A stretch of 60,829 nt of DNA from Dimargaris cristalligena. Taxonomy: Eukaryota. The notes under the pieces are model-generated. The model was not told the origin of the DNA, did not search any database, and worked only from the letters and a program-made list of their open reading frames with translations. The position numbers and the translations under genes are program-made. Shown in pieces: positions 35,701 through 48,604 of the stretch (the stretch's first letter is position 1; each line of letters opens with the position of its first letter). The stretch spans positions 1-60,829 of the forward strand of contig ML002242.1 of assembly GCA_003614675.1 (NCBI GenBank), written 5' to 3'.

Positions 35701-38700
35701 TATATATATATATTCACGCACAATATGACCAGGCAGAAACCTCGGAAACAAAAAAGAAAAAGAAAACATTTCTAGCGCGCTGGAAAGGGGAAGGCACCGT
35801 TTAAGCACCAGCCAAATCAAGGGAATCCGACCAGTTTTCTGGATAAGTAGACATTGCCTTTATTTTTGAACATCCCGGAATCCTCCAAAATAGGGCAGGA
35901 GGGCTGGGGAAGGGGAAAGGCGAAGGTTTGGTCTGACCCGGTCGACCATACAGATGATTAAGGGTGGGTAGTACGATTCCCTTTGGGGTAAAAGCGATGG
36001 ACACAGGTGGAACCTTTCTTAGTCAACTATGATTGCAAACAACACGGAGGGAAAGGTGGGCTGGCCCAGATGGCCTACCGAAGGCGCGTGAAGGTGAAGG
36101 GAAGGACGGGGAAGACAGGGAGGACGAAGGATGGACACGGATAGTGGCAGTGCCTGGGCCTCTTCGGCTCTTTTTGGTAATTCCTTAAGTAGGCTATTTG
36201 AGCGGAGAAGAGGGAGGGGGACTCGGAAAAACTAATGCGATATAGCAAACCACCCAACCAATTTTAACCACCAGTTAGGTATGTGTATCAGGTAATGTCA
36301 TGCCTAATTAACTAGATTTTTTGAGCGACTAGTTAGGTTTGTTTCAGACTCCGATAGTGGGTGCATTAAAAACTGATGAACTATTCACAAGAGTGGCGCA
36401 ATATAGATTGTCCTTGTTATTTGACCGACCATGTTGTGAATAAGAGATTAAGTTAACGGTTTTTATCGGAAAAGTAAGGTTCAACGGGGCTTGGAAATTA
36501 GGTTGCATCAATTCCTAGAATAGCCCCTCCCTTTAAAAACACGCATCACTTCGGCAAATGGAGTCAGGCACGATGCTGGAATTTTTCTGGACATCAAAAA
36601 ACAATCTTCTTCACGCCCTTAACCGATACGTTCGCAGGCGTACAGTGTAAAATTTATCACCCAACCACTGCCTATTGGTCGCCAATGTAATTGATCGGTA
36701 TAGGATAATACCTCCCCTATAATTTGCTGGACACCCCCCGACCGAAGCTCAGGCTGGTGAATGTGTAGCGTGAGTAAAGAACTGTGGGGTATGAAGGGAG
36801 GTTGGTTTGGGCCATTAGGGGTCAGCCATTCAACGCCCACCACAAGTATTTGTGATACGGATCTGGTTTTACAGTCATTGTAGAAGAAGAAGAGGAAAAA
36901 AAACGGGCATTCACTTCAGTCCCAGTCTACTGCCATGGGACCACACACTGCCCTGCGGGGAGAGGGTATTTACTGAGTTTAACTCACTAGAAGGGCTGTT
37001 TTGATTGACCTGGCATAGTGGTAAGCATCGTAAGTGGCCGAATACAGTAGCCGATAGCAACACCCAATTCTCTGCCAATCTCTCTCACAGGAGGGAGATT
37101 CGGGTCGCTAGCCATGGACGATCACAACCATCTATTACGACCTTTCCCCACTCTCTCACCCTCTCGGTCCTCCCTCCCATTTCGTTTTTTTGCCCAATTC
37201 TAGCTAAGGATCGTGTTTCAGAGTGGGCGGGTAGGGGGAGGCATTGTCCATAAGAATATACCTAGACCGATCTATTCGGGCCTCAACATCACACTCGTGC
37301 CCATACTTTTCGGCAATCGTGGGCCAGTTCTCTTCAGTGTGACCGAATGTTTTTTTTAATTTATATCTAGGATCGTCCGTTATCCGACAATCTCGACCTT
37401 TGGAGGGCAAAGGCATCAGTGTCTAGGATGCTAAACTACATACAACGCTGGCGTTACACAAATCGGTATTTATGGGGTAGGTAGATAATAGGTCATGAAG
37501 GCCAATGGATGGGAGATGGGGTGGTGTCAGGTCGGCGGATCATTAAATATGCGGGCGGATATTGTCGCTTAGGCCATGGGCGACTAAGAATAGCCCTTGC
37601 CCAAATGGTTATAGTCATTCTTATAGTTTATTATAGATGCATGTGGCATTAGTGTCTAGAAAAAGGTGCTTCATCTCAAAATGCGGGGGAGTGTAGCGTG
37701 AGCAAGTTTTCCTTGGACTGTAATGGATCGGACATCACCAAACAAAACGCAGAAAAGGGTCAATTAGATGTAACAATAGGTCTGTCTTATTAGCAGAACT
37801 AGGTAATGGTCCCATGCCAATGCCTGCGGGTTGTCCGAGACCAGGTGGGCTTATGCTCCCGGTTTAGCATCTTAAATCCAGTCCGTGCTATTTCGGCGGG
37901 CATCCCACTGCGCAACCACACTCGGTTAGTTGGGCAACGCAATGGGGCGTGGCATCGATGGTCAGTCAGTGGTATAAACATGTGACTAAAGCGACCATTT
38001 GTTTTCAAAGAAAAATGGGTAACGACAGGATAGAGAAGAGATTCCCCCGTTTTGGACTCAGCCTACCCATCCCTTTCGCTAAACATATAGCTTGTCAAGA
38101 ACAAGAGAATGTTTATCCATCAGGCATGGTCAATGTCATATCAATTCAGCGGCAGGTACGGCCCGTGATAGACGCACCAGCCCTTTAAGAGTAACATAGA
38201 TGGATTACAGGCTGCTTCTGGCCCCTCCCCCCGCATGTGGAAGGCATTGGGGTGCTTTGGCAGCTCATTCTTCTGAGGCCATTTTTTTAAATGTGTATTT
38301 ACTTATGCAGGGGAATAGGGCGGGCCTCACTTGAAATATTTGGGCGGTTAAATTAAGGCTATGCTAGGGTGTCTATGCGGTAAATCCGATTAGGCTGGGG
38401 GATGCACTGCAGAATTATCGCCTTCCACAGGTGTTCTAGATGCACGATAATCGGCAGCATCACGCAGCCGAACATGTCCTCCCGGGGGTTTTTTTAGAGT
38501 TTAGCCCAACGCGGAACACGCGGGCAAGTCCATGGTTCAAAAGGGCCTGGCAGGGGGTGACTAGTATAACCCGTATCGGCTCCCCATCATTAGTTTATAT
38601 GGGGCGCGAGAGCCCTACTAATGTCCCTTTGGCTTAATTGACTGGCTTGGCTAGATCTATATACGCTCTCTCCTTAAATTTTTGAATGTTAGTCGTTCCC

Positions 38701-40625
38701 TATTCCCCCCCTTTCCCCGGTCCACACGATTACTATATTTAGGTTCACCACCGCCTCTCTCTATTCGCGCCAAAGAGGCGTGTACCCCCATCGGCTGGCA
38801 CTATTCACAAGTTATAGGGTATCCTCAGGTTACACATGTACATAGCCAATCCCCGGCTGGGTTCACCTGGATTAAACGAGATGAAACTTGGTTTATCTAC
38901 ATCCACATGAGCCGCACCAACCGGCCGCCATTCCACCTAGGCTTATTTTAAGGTCCGGTTCGTAAAGTACCAAAAAACCCCCAAAACTAACGTGCGTTTG
39001 ATTTATTCTTTTAGCATTCGTTATAGCGCCCCAGGCATAGCGTAAAGGTGCTACGGTGGGTGGTCCCTTTTATTTGAATAAAAGACACCGCACACCTGGG
39101 ATTGGACATTGTTTATACCCAACCTTGCACTTGCCCCATCGCTTTCCCTTTCATCCCTCACTCCACGGTTAGGCTATTTTCAATCTAGCGATAGGACTAT
39201 GACCCTATTGTTTATTAGCGATTCGGCGAATTGGGCCACCCAATATGGTAATAGTGGCGGCGTTCGAGTCTCAGCCCCGCGGCGGTTGAAGTAGTGTTAC
39301 TCGCCAGGCACCGGGAATTCTCTCCCTCCCACATCTTCCTCTCCCTGCCGTTGTTTCCTCAAGGGGGCCTACCTAGATTGAAATCTTGGCGTACAGGCCC
39401 CCTGGAAGTAGCACTTTGGCAACATTGTACACTCTCGAGGTCCTTGAAAGCCCTCCCCAACCTCACCGGGAAGAGTTCGTCGGAGACAAGAAAAGGAAAC
39501 GAGGAGGGGGATGGCAATGTGGAAACCATTGAGCCGTACATTGGTGCCCTTTACTTGAAAAAACCCCGGGAAAGTATGGCGAACCTCTGTGTATCACAAC
39601 CAAGAACGAAAGAAAGAAAAGGACCAGTGGATCTCGACTTTGTAACCATTAATAGACCAATATTAAGAGGGGGAGGGTAATGGAAAAGGAGGGAGGGGGA
39701 AGAAGAGGGATACTAGGGAAGGGGGGAGGCGGATGGGGTGGAGAGTATATACCAATGCAATGTGAATGGATATCTAATTATCCGGTTCATCTGACCCATC
39801 TTTTCCGTTCCGTCATCCCTCTTCTCCTCCCCACAATTCGTTTCCATCGCACTATAAGGGAAATCACTTCCCATCTCAGTCTGGCCAGGCCTCCCTAGGA
39901 ATTTGGGGTGAGTCAAGTTGGTACGAATCTTTATAAATACCCGGGAGGTTGGCCCTCGCTTTGTTCTAGGACGTATATGCAATCTCTCCCTGCCCAGGTG
40001 TTTCTTGTATAAACACATGTATATATTATAGTATATACCATCTAAACCTTGTATGTTAGTGCCGCTTACACGTATTATATCTTCTACCTCTTCTTCTTCT
40101 TCTTGTCACTGATATATTGTCTATAGTTACCCTGTTTAGTTGTATCCGCCTTATTATTGCCAAGCCTATTGGGTTCTCATTTATTTTACAATTTATACAA
40201 TTTGGTTCGTTTCTACCGTTTTTATGCTGTCGGTCCTTTTCGGTTGTATTCGACGGTGAAAATCATTGGGTGATTTTTATCCTTTATTTCCACAGTCGCA
40301 TGAGACTTTTCCCCTTTCGCCGGATTCTCTTTATTTTCCATCGGTTTCCTGGGCGCACATTTATGCATCATTATCAACGGAAGATAAAATAACCTTACAT
40401 ATATATTTAGTCACGTTCCCTTGATATCCGCAGCTCGCCTGGTTTATTTTCCGGTGGCTTGTTAATTTTCCAACCTACCCCTCCTATATACTACCTTCTC
40501 GATATCTCCCGGTCTGCGCCAAAGGCCCATCCGAACTTCCGGGACCACACTGCGACATTTTAAGCACGCGCGTGTGTGTATGTGTGTGTGTGCACCACTT
40601 CCCTTCACTTGTCCATAGCCGTTTC

Positions 40626-43271
40626 ATGGACCAGCGCCGCCAACTATCGAGCTCACCCAACGCGTCTCTACCACCTCCTAATAGTAGTCTTCCAGCGGAT
40701 TCTAGTGTAACCATGAGTCCGCTCAATCGGCCGGTAGGTTACCCTGGTCACCGTCACCATCATAGCCACCAACCCCACCCTCACCGGGATCAACAGCAGC
40801 CCCCACACGGTTCCCACCCGTCCCCCCGACCCACTGCTGAATCCCCGGCATTGGCCTATAACCCTTACTACGGCGGACCGGAAGCCTTGCCGTACACATC
40901 GCCTAGTTACACCTACCGGTCCCCCAGTGAAACCAGTATCCGGCTGCAACCCCCGCACCAGCTAACTAGTGCCACCACCCTGTCCCGTTTCTCCGCCCAC
41001 CCACCGGGCCATCGCCAACAAGCTACCCACCCCAGTCCGCCACACCCCGCGTACAGTATCCACCGGGCATCCCCGCGGGCGCGCACCACACAACGCCCTT
41101 CCCCCATTTTCTCACACCACCGTAACCCCACCGCCGCGTCCTCATCACCCACCATGCCTAGGGGAAGCCCCCACCAACCACCACCACCGCTGTCGTCGTC
41201 TGCCTATCCGCCCATGTATTCCTACGGTATCCGCCCATCGAGCGAGTCCGCCCGGGGAATGGGCGACTTGTTACCCGCTCTTCGCATGGGAGGAGGAGGC
41301 TATGAGGTGGGCGGGCCCCGGGCCTACCCTCGCCAGCCTTCGCCCCATTCCACCGCCCCGGCCCATATAGCAGCAGGAGCAGCCACTCACAATACGCACA
41401 CTACCTCTTCCTCCTCCTCCCCTCCCGTTCGCTTGGGTGAGTCGGGTCCCCGGTTCTCCCCTTCTACCGGGCTCAGCCAACCGGTAAGGCGGGACTCGGC
41501 CCCCGCTCCCATGGGTAGCGGTGGTAGTAGTGGTCCGGGACCTAATTTCGCTATTGCCCACTTCAATTCACCCGGGACACCCTCACTTTTGAGTCGGTCT
41601 AGAAGTCCCGGCGGGAGTGGGGCCGATGGTTCAGGGTCTCGATCTAGCAAGGGTAAGCTGTCGGTGACGGCCCAGGGCCCGGTTGGGGGAGAACCAGCCC
41701 CATCAACTGCCTCGGCCATGGTAGTGGTTGATAATTTTTCAGACGTACCCCTAGCCAAACAGCCCCTCCCCGAGGAGAAAACCATTAAACTGTGGCCCGA
41801 ATATAGCGTCCGTTTATTGCTCAGTCTACGCAAACGACTCTCGGCCCAATTCGCCCGGATGGCCCGCAACAACACCCTATGGGTCCAAATTGCGGATACC
41901 CTGCTAGAGCAAAACATTGACCGCACCGCCAACCAGTGCCTCTACAAATGGAAAAATTTGAGCCGAGCGTATAATCAGTGTGTGACCCAAAATGCGACGC
42001 TACCCCCCGACCAACACCGGTACAGTCCGTTTTACAATGAAATTAAAGAAATTAACGATTTGGACGAAGCCCACCGGCGCAACGATCAGCAACCCCCTCG
42101 ACCGCGCATTACGGGGTTTGTTATGGAAGGGCCGGCCAAAACTGGGGGGACCTCCTCTAGTACCGGTGGCAGTAGTAGTAGTAGTAATATGAAGGCCACC
42201 CGGGCCGCTGACGCATTGATTAAATTAAATGCCTCCGATCGCTCAGTGTCGCCGTTCTTCCCCTCCGATGCCCAGCCCACCCCTCCCCCCTTCCAAACAA
42301 CCGCAGCAGCAGCCATGGTGGCGGACCGGTCGACCACCGGTAAGGAGGACCCTTCTCTGGGGGAAATAGACAGTCACCACCCTCACCTGTCCACCAACGT
42401 CCGTACGAAGCGCGTTTTCGAAGACCGTGACGACTCCAGTAGCAGCGACTACGGGTTACTTAGTCCGCGACGACCCCACCAATTACGGCGTCTGTCGGGT
42501 AACCGGCCCACTCGTTCGGAGTCCCTGGATTCGGCTTCACCCCCCGCAGCCACTACCACCGCCGCTGCGCTTCCTTCCTTACACTCCATAGTGGCCTCGT
42601 CCCCGTCCACTACCCCTTATTACCCGGGGAGTAATTTGGATTCTGCTCTACTACGCCCCACACCATTGGGCAAATCCCGGACCTCCCCTACCCTGACCGC
42701 TGAATGGCGAGCGGACCCGGATGATTTGATGGACCCGGACCATCCCGTCTTGGGTTTACTACGGGCGGCAGGAGGAGCGACCATGTCAAGTGAATCATCT
42801 GAGCCCCGAGCGGGACTGGGCGGCGGTGATGGACATCATCGCCGGGTCTACAGTCCAGGCATTAGCAGTGGTAGCGGTAGTGACGGTAGTAGTAGTAGTA
42901 GTAGTAAACGGGCGAGGCTGGACCGCTTATCGCATAGTGAGCCTAGTTCACCCCGGGAGCGGGGAATGTCGCCTTTAGATGCCCAGGGCCCCCTCAGTGC
43001 GCCTCTCTTGAGCCCACCCCCCCAACTCCCGGCCCTTCAGCAGCACCAGCAGACAGAACAGCGGGACTCTACCCATACTAGCTCAAAGGAACCCTTGGGT
43101 ATCCAGTTGCAGCGCTTAGAGGGTAAAATCCATAAGGTCCATGGTATGTTGCAACAGGGTCAGGAGCTCCAGTACCAATGGATGCGACTCTACCGGAAAG
43201 CATGCGAGGGAATAGATGAGATAAGCGCCGACTGCGCGGAACTTAAAGCTGAGATAAATCACCGCCTTTAA
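40626..43271 (+). CDS. Trihelix / Myb-SANT-like DNA-binding protein (probable transcription factor)
   Basis: WPEYSVRLLLSLRKRL...LWVQIADTL...RTANQCLYKWKNLSRAY...SPFYNEI fits the Myb_DNA-bind_4/trihelix pattern. Flanks are disordered and there is a C-terminal coiled coil. First ATG at 40626. Confidence 0.85.
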   Translation: MDQRRQLSSSPNASLPPPNSSLPADSSVTMSPLNRPVGYPGHRHHHSHQPHPHRDQQQPPHGSHPSPRPTAESPALAYNPYYGGPEALPYTSPSYTYRSPSETSIRLQPPHQLTSATTLSRFSAHPPGHRQQATHPSPPHPAYSIHRASPRARTTQRPSPIFSHHRNPTAASSSPTMPRGSPHQPPPPLSSSAYPPMYSYGIRPSSESARGMGDLLPALRMGGGGYEVGGPRAYPRQPSPHSTAPAHIAAGAATHNTHTTSSSSSPPVRLGESGPRFSPSTGLSQPVRRDSAPAPMGSGGSSGPGPNFAIAHFNSPGTPSLLSRSRSPGGSGADGSGSRSSKGKLSVTAQGPVGGEPAPSTASAMVVVDNFSDVPLAKQPLPEEKTIKLWPEYSVRLLLSLRKRLSAQFARMARNNTLWVQIADTLLEQNIDRTANQCLYKWKNLSRAYNQCVTQNATLPPDQHRYSPFYNEIKEINDLDEAHRRNDQQPPRPRITGFVMEGPAKTGGTSSSTGGSSSSSNMKATRAADALIKLNASDRSVSPFFPSDAQPTPPPFQTTAAAAMVADRSTTGKEDPSLGEIDSHHPHLSTNVRTKRVFEDRDDSSSSDYGLLSPRRPHQLRRLSGNRPTRSESLDSASPPAATTTAAALPSLHSIVASSPSTTPYYPGSNLDSALLRPTPLGKSRTSPTLTAEWRADPDDLMDPDHPVLGLLRAAGGATMSSESSEPRAGLGGGDGHHRRVYSPGISSGSGSDGSSSSSSKRARLDRLSHSEPSSPRERGMSPLDAQGPLSAPLLSPPPQLPALQQHQQTEQRDSTHTSSKEPLGIQLQRLEGKIHKVHGMLQQGQELQYQWMRLYRKACEGIDEISADCAELKAEINHRL

Positions 43272-45940
43272 ATAATGTACCTTAGCAACCCGGCCGCTCC
43301 CCCTCCCTCCTATAGCCATAATATTAGGAAGTGCTTTTATCCATCTGTTTTTCTAATTTTAATTTACCCCATATTATTTGAGCCCTGGATCATAGGGATA
43401 TTGGTCTATCGTTCTTTAGAAAATGTATATTAAGAATTTCCTAAATAAAAATATAGTCTAGTTGAGAGATAAGGTGGCTTGCGGATTTTAAAAAACGGCA
43501 ATTTTAGGACTGTTCGTTGTCCACTGGAACATCGTTAAATGTATTGGATTTTACTATTTATTGCATGGTTGACATACTATATCTGAATCACATGACTAAT
43601 AACTTGCTCACTAAGTTAGCAGCACTAGCATCACGTGATTATAATTTAATCTGTTAAATTGCACTCATGGCTAGTATAACCGAAGGGGGTCCGGGTTGGA
43701 CCGAAGCGAGGGTGATTCCCCCTCCCCACACGGACTTCACCTACGGTAATCAACTAACTAGTAAAGTATAAATTATGATTTTATTGAAATATCATGAACC
43801 CGGTCTTCCGGTAGGTTCGGCTGGTTTTATACGTTCTATGCCTGTCTTTTTGGTCTGGTCACGTCGACTTTCGTTCGCGCTACATTCGGGCTGGGATCCC
43901 GGGAGAAGGGGTCACGTGATGTGTTCAGGTCTTGGGGGTTCCTTGGCCTGGCTGTTGCACCAGTTGCGCTGAGTGTTTCTTGTTCACTTTGGTGTGATAT
44001 GTGAGGCCTTTGAAGTGAAAAAGTAAAGTGCCCAATAGTATTGAAAAGTATAGAGGAAAAAACAAATGAGTCTTCGGAGGTCGGGGGATCCAGCCAATGA
44101 ATACTAATCATATAAATGAAGAGCAAACTCCACTTAAGATACAGTAACGAGAATAACCACTTCCTACCAGTCAAGAGCTCCGTTAAACCAGCTGTAAAGT
44201 AAATCCACTATAATACTGGGAATAAATAAATTACCTGGCACTGTACCTTACAGATAACCTGTTTATGCCAGAAATCAACTGTAACGGCGATCACATGGCG
44301 CTGTTAGCCTACTTTGCATGTTCGGCTTTTAGTTGAATCCATCCTTGGGACAATTGGACCAATGGATGGGGTGCTCTCTGCACCCCCACAATTCATATGT
44401 GTGTCGTTAAAGGCAGGCTGTAGAAGGGCTTTTCACTACCGCGGTGATCTATGCGTTTGAATCGGAATCCACGCGGCCCATATGCTTCTGTTCAAGGGAT
44501 GAAGGGGTTATAGGGATATATCGTGTAGCTTGGGGTTTTTGGAAGCGAGGTAGCATGAGGAGGGAAGGGGTGGGGGGGGTGGTGAGATATTTCCTCCCCC
44601 GTTCCGCAATCACGGACCCTAATCATTTGGATGTGAAACCCATCTATACGATTCGTCGTTGGACACACCTAACATTTGGTGTAATTAGCTATAGGCAAAG
44701 AGCGCAAGGAAGACGGGTGGGCGGATTGGTTTCATCCCTGTCGGGCGAGGCTCATGCAGAAGGCAAAAGAGGTTTCGCACTATCAATACGCCAATTTCAC
44801 CCCAATAGAGGAGGACTGCTACTACTACTACTACTATAAGCCCCTTTTAAAATTTTATTTCCCCATTTCTACCAATAGGCCTCCTACTTGATAGAGAGAG
44901 AAAGAGGGGGGGGTGTACCCCATAAACCTTTTCCCTCCGATATTCTTCTCACCTTCGCTACTTACGCCAATACAATTAATTTATAGATGCAGCCCCCCCA
45001 CCCAATTGGCAAAGCCTGCTGCGCCTAGTCAAGGGAATGTCACTCAATTCCCCAGGGATAGGTGTGGTATATACACCCTTCTTTGCTTCCTTTCCCCGTT
45101 AGTCGTGCTTAATATAGAAACTCTATTTAATTTATCATACGCTGATTTCTTCTATCCTTTGCTTACATACCCCCCACATTCATATCCACCCTAAACGTTA
45201 TATAGTCTCAAGACCCGAGAGACTTGCATATTCCATTTTCGCATATTTAATCAAGACTTTCATATACTACTTGGACTGACAGCGACAAAGATCAACTGTT
45301 TTACCTAGATTTCTTCTATATATACATATTTACCTTGCACGATTCATTAGAATCGTCATCTAAATCCTATACACGTCATTTTTCTTGTATTTCTAGTCCT
45401 GGCAGCATCTTCTGGTTTACTGGGGAAATTTCGCGAGCCCCATCCACCACCAATTCAAATAGTCTTAATTACCGAAGGCCCATCATATATATATGTTCCC
45501 GTGACAGACCGGCTTACATAATTATTGCCGACTTACCTACCTACCCTCCTCCTACGTATTTCCCAAAGGGTGCCATTTTTTTATAGTATAGTTTTAGTTG
45601 TTCACGGAGTCCACGGGGCTCTCCCAATTCACACAGTCGCACTTGACTTCATTTGACCATTCTTCATTAAGCACGGAGGGAAGAGGTTCATTCATCTATA
45701 TATCTCGGTCAGCGCGGCCCTTTACATCCACTATGCCTTGAAAGTGCCTTTAAAACCTTTCTTATTTATCCGCTACTTTATCTAATCCTCTCCCCGTAAT
45801 TTCATTCGTACATTATACTACTGTATGGCCTGCACTTAGCAATCTTGCATTTTTTTTATTTTTACTAGCCCCGTTAGAATTAGCCTATCCCTGCGCAGGA
45901 TATACATTGCTTACGTCTAACAATCAACTGCCAAAGCGAT

Positions 45941-48604
45941 ATGGGTGCTCCCCGCCTACGCCCAGCCGGTCACCACCGCCACCACTCCCCACCGGCCTGG
46001 GCCCCCCATAACCATTATTTCACCAGCCTCGACGAGGCCAAGCTCCATCCCATCGATTTCACCCTTACCCAGCTCCCCGATTCCCTCGTCAAGGACCGGG
46101 CCATGCAGGCCTGGAGCCCGGGTCTCTGCGTGGGTCTGTGGTTGCACCGTCTCGTGCGGCCGGCCCTGGGCCCCCTGTTGGTCACGGCCTTTTGGCTAGG
46201 TCGTCAATTCACCCTCACACTCATCGCCTTGCTGGCCGCTGTGGCCCTGTTGACGAGTAACCTATACACCCTGGTCCGGTCCGTGGTGTGCCTCATGTGT
46301 CGTACGGTGCATGAACTTCCCCGCGAATCGCACCTGGTAGCAGGGGTGTTTGAAATGCCACCCGCCCACTTTCCCAATGGGGGAGACTGCGGTAGAGGCA
46401 GCGGCGGCGACTGTAACGGTGGTAGTGGTTATCCGTCGCCCGAGTCGCTTTCGTCAGTCGATTCGGAAATCGGCGGTAGGTGCGATGATCAACCACCCGG
46501 GACCAGGGCCGAAAGTAATCACCGATACTGCCACAGCCATCATCCCAGTTCGCAGAGGCATCCCGCCCCCGATGGTAGGAGCGGTGGTGGTGGTGACCCT
46601 TCTCCCTACGGCACTGCCACAGCCCCGGTTCTGCGGCGTAAATCCCATTCACGGTCGTATGATGATCTTAATGCCCTTCGTTACGCGCTCCATTCGCACA
46701 ATTCCTCCATCAAATCATTGGGTGGTACCGGAACCTCCACCCCCCAACGAGGGGCCGGTGGGGGGGAATCTGTTGGAGAGGGACGATCGGCGGTGGTATC
46801 GGGGGCCAGTCCCAACGAAGCCCTAGTCCGTACAGTATCCCTCCAAGGTCCACCTCCCCGGCATACCGCCCATTCTTCGCTAAATATGCCACTCGATTCC
46901 TCCGGTGTAGAGCGAGGGGGGGCGACAGCAGCAGTAGTAGATCCCCGGGCCAAAGGGTCCGCTGGTGGAAGCAGTTTGAATCCGCTGCGCCAGCTGGTTC
47001 TCGCCCGACGGGCACGTCGGCGTAATCGCCTTAATAATAGCGCATCGGCAGTCGATCCTCCGACCCCGGACGTTGATAAGTCCGCCCCTACTGGTCCGGT
47101 CAAGGGGGGAACCCCGGAAAGTTTAGGGGATCTACTACAACATGGTGCTTATGAAGGGGTAGAGTTGGTTGAAAAGATACCACACATCCTCCATAAGCCT
47201 ACGAAGCTGTACCAACGGGCGGTGCGGCCCTTAAAAGAGGGGACCTATGATAATGGCAAGGGTAACAGCTCATCCGCTAATCAATCCGGAATCGCCGTGG
47301 CGCCGGTTCGGGGCCTCGAAAGCCAGGGAACTAGCGGTAGCGACCCTCACTCAACAACCACAGCAGCAACAACGGCGGCTTCGTCGCATGGTCATGTGTC
47401 GTATCAGTTGGAATCGACGGAAGGGAGTAATACCACTATTGATCCTCGTCAACCAGCTAGTCTTCCGCTAATCGAATACGAAATAAATACAAATGGCAAT
47501 GCCCGGACCCGGCGGTATACTATAGCCCCGTCGCAAACATGGTCTCAACCCCGATCCAGGAACCACACGTCGACACCTTCTACCCCAATTCACCACAGTC
47601 GCCAATCATCGGTTGAAAGGCGCTTACACAATAACGGTTCACCGGTTCCTCATAATGGCAGTTTTCCGCATCACCTCTATGTGGATCAAGAAGGGCCCCC
47701 GGTGGTGCTAAGGGAAGAAGGAGGATACATTGGGCCAACGGGAAGTGCGCACCTGCTGGATCATTATGAACTATCGAACTACAACACCAACGGCAGCTCA
47801 TACGAAGGCAATTCGACGGCCCGGTCCAGCGGTCGTAAAACCCACCGAAGACGGTTCCGCGAAAAATTATCCAGTATTTTCCACCCGAAACGTTCCCAAT
47901 CCATGGCTGCTCAACCCCCACCGCCCCCAACTGGAGTTAATGGGAGTGATAGCAGCCACGGTCTTGAAGGGCCGGAGTCAGGTTATAATCCGGGGGTTCG
48001 CTATTCCCCTGACCACCACCACCACAATGGCGAATACCATGGTGATCATGACCCGTCCTATGTAGCTATGACGTCGGCCGTGATGCAACCTAATAGGATG
48101 GATTCGGCCCTGGCGCCACCCCAATCACTCGATTCATATCGCGTCAGCGAAGACCACGGCCGCCGTAGTCTTTCCCAGTCCAATTCCCAGGATAGTTTGA
48201 ATAGTGACTATAGCCTGACCGCTTCGTCGTCATCCTGTAATAGCGACCAGCCAGCTTCTCCCCATCATCTGCACTCCCGTCACGATTCCGGCCATCACCA
48301 CCACCACCATCATAGACGAAGCCACAGTAGTGGCGATGGCGATACCAAACTGTACCATCATCGCCGACATCATCGCCAGGGCTCTACTAAACCCCGCCAT
48401 CATCATCGACGACACCGACGCCGACACTCCTCCGGGTCGGCGGGAGGATCCATCACCGATGGTGGGAGAGATGCTTTACATAGTGACGAAGCGGCTGCTC
48501 GGTTGAGTTGCGATGCTGAGCGCGACGAAGGGAGTCATCGACTGGCACCTTATTCGATGGCCGGAGCGGGTGGAGTTATGCCCATTTCCAACCCTAATTA
48601 TTAA
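45941..48604 (+). CDS. Hypothetical protein: N-terminal hydrophobic segment(s) followed by a long disordered Ser/His/Gly-rich region
   Basis: 887-codon ATG-started ORF with a hydrophobic stretch at about aa 60-120. No domain recognised. Confidence 0.78.
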   Translation: MGAPRLRPAGHHRHHSPPAWAPHNHYFTSLDEAKLHPIDFTLTQLPDSLVKDRAMQAWSPGLCVGLWLHRLVRPALGPLLVTAFWLGRQFTLTLIALLAAVALLTSNLYTLVRSVVCLMCRTVHELPRESHLVAGVFEMPPAHFPNGGDCGRGSGGDCNGGSGYPSPESLSSVDSEIGGRCDDQPPGTRAESNHRYCHSHHPSSQRHPAPDGRSGGGGDPSPYGTATAPVLRRKSHSRSYDDLNALRYALHSHNSSIKSLGGTGTSTPQRGAGGGESVGEGRSAVVSGASPNEALVRTVSLQGPPPRHTAHSSLNMPLDSSGVERGGATAAVVDPRAKGSAGGSSLNPLRQLVLARRARRRNRLNNSASAVDPPTPDVDKSAPTGPVKGGTPESLGDLLQHGAYEGVELVEKIPHILHKPTKLYQRAVRPLKEGTYDNGKGNSSSANQSGIAVAPVRGLESQGTSGSDPHSTTTAATTAASSHGHVSYQLESTEGSNTTIDPRQPASLPLIEYEINTNGNARTRRYTIAPSQTWSQPRSRNHTSTPSTPIHHSRQSSVERRLHNNGSPVPHNGSFPHHLYVDQEGPPVVLREEGGYIGPTGSAHLLDHYELSNYNTNGSSYEGNSTARSSGRKTHRRRFREKLSSIFHPKRSQSMAAQPPPPPTGVNGSDSSHGLEGPESGYNPGVRYSPDHHHHNGEYHGDHDPSYVAMTSAVMQPNRMDSALAPPQSLDSYRVSEDHGRRSLSQSNSQDSLNSDYSLTASSSSCNSDQPASPHHLHSRHDSGHHHHHHHRRSHSSGDGDTKLYHHRRHHRQGSTKPRHHHRRHRRRHSSGSAGGSITDGGRDALHSDEAAARLSCDAERDEGSHRLAPYSMAGAGGVMPISNPNY

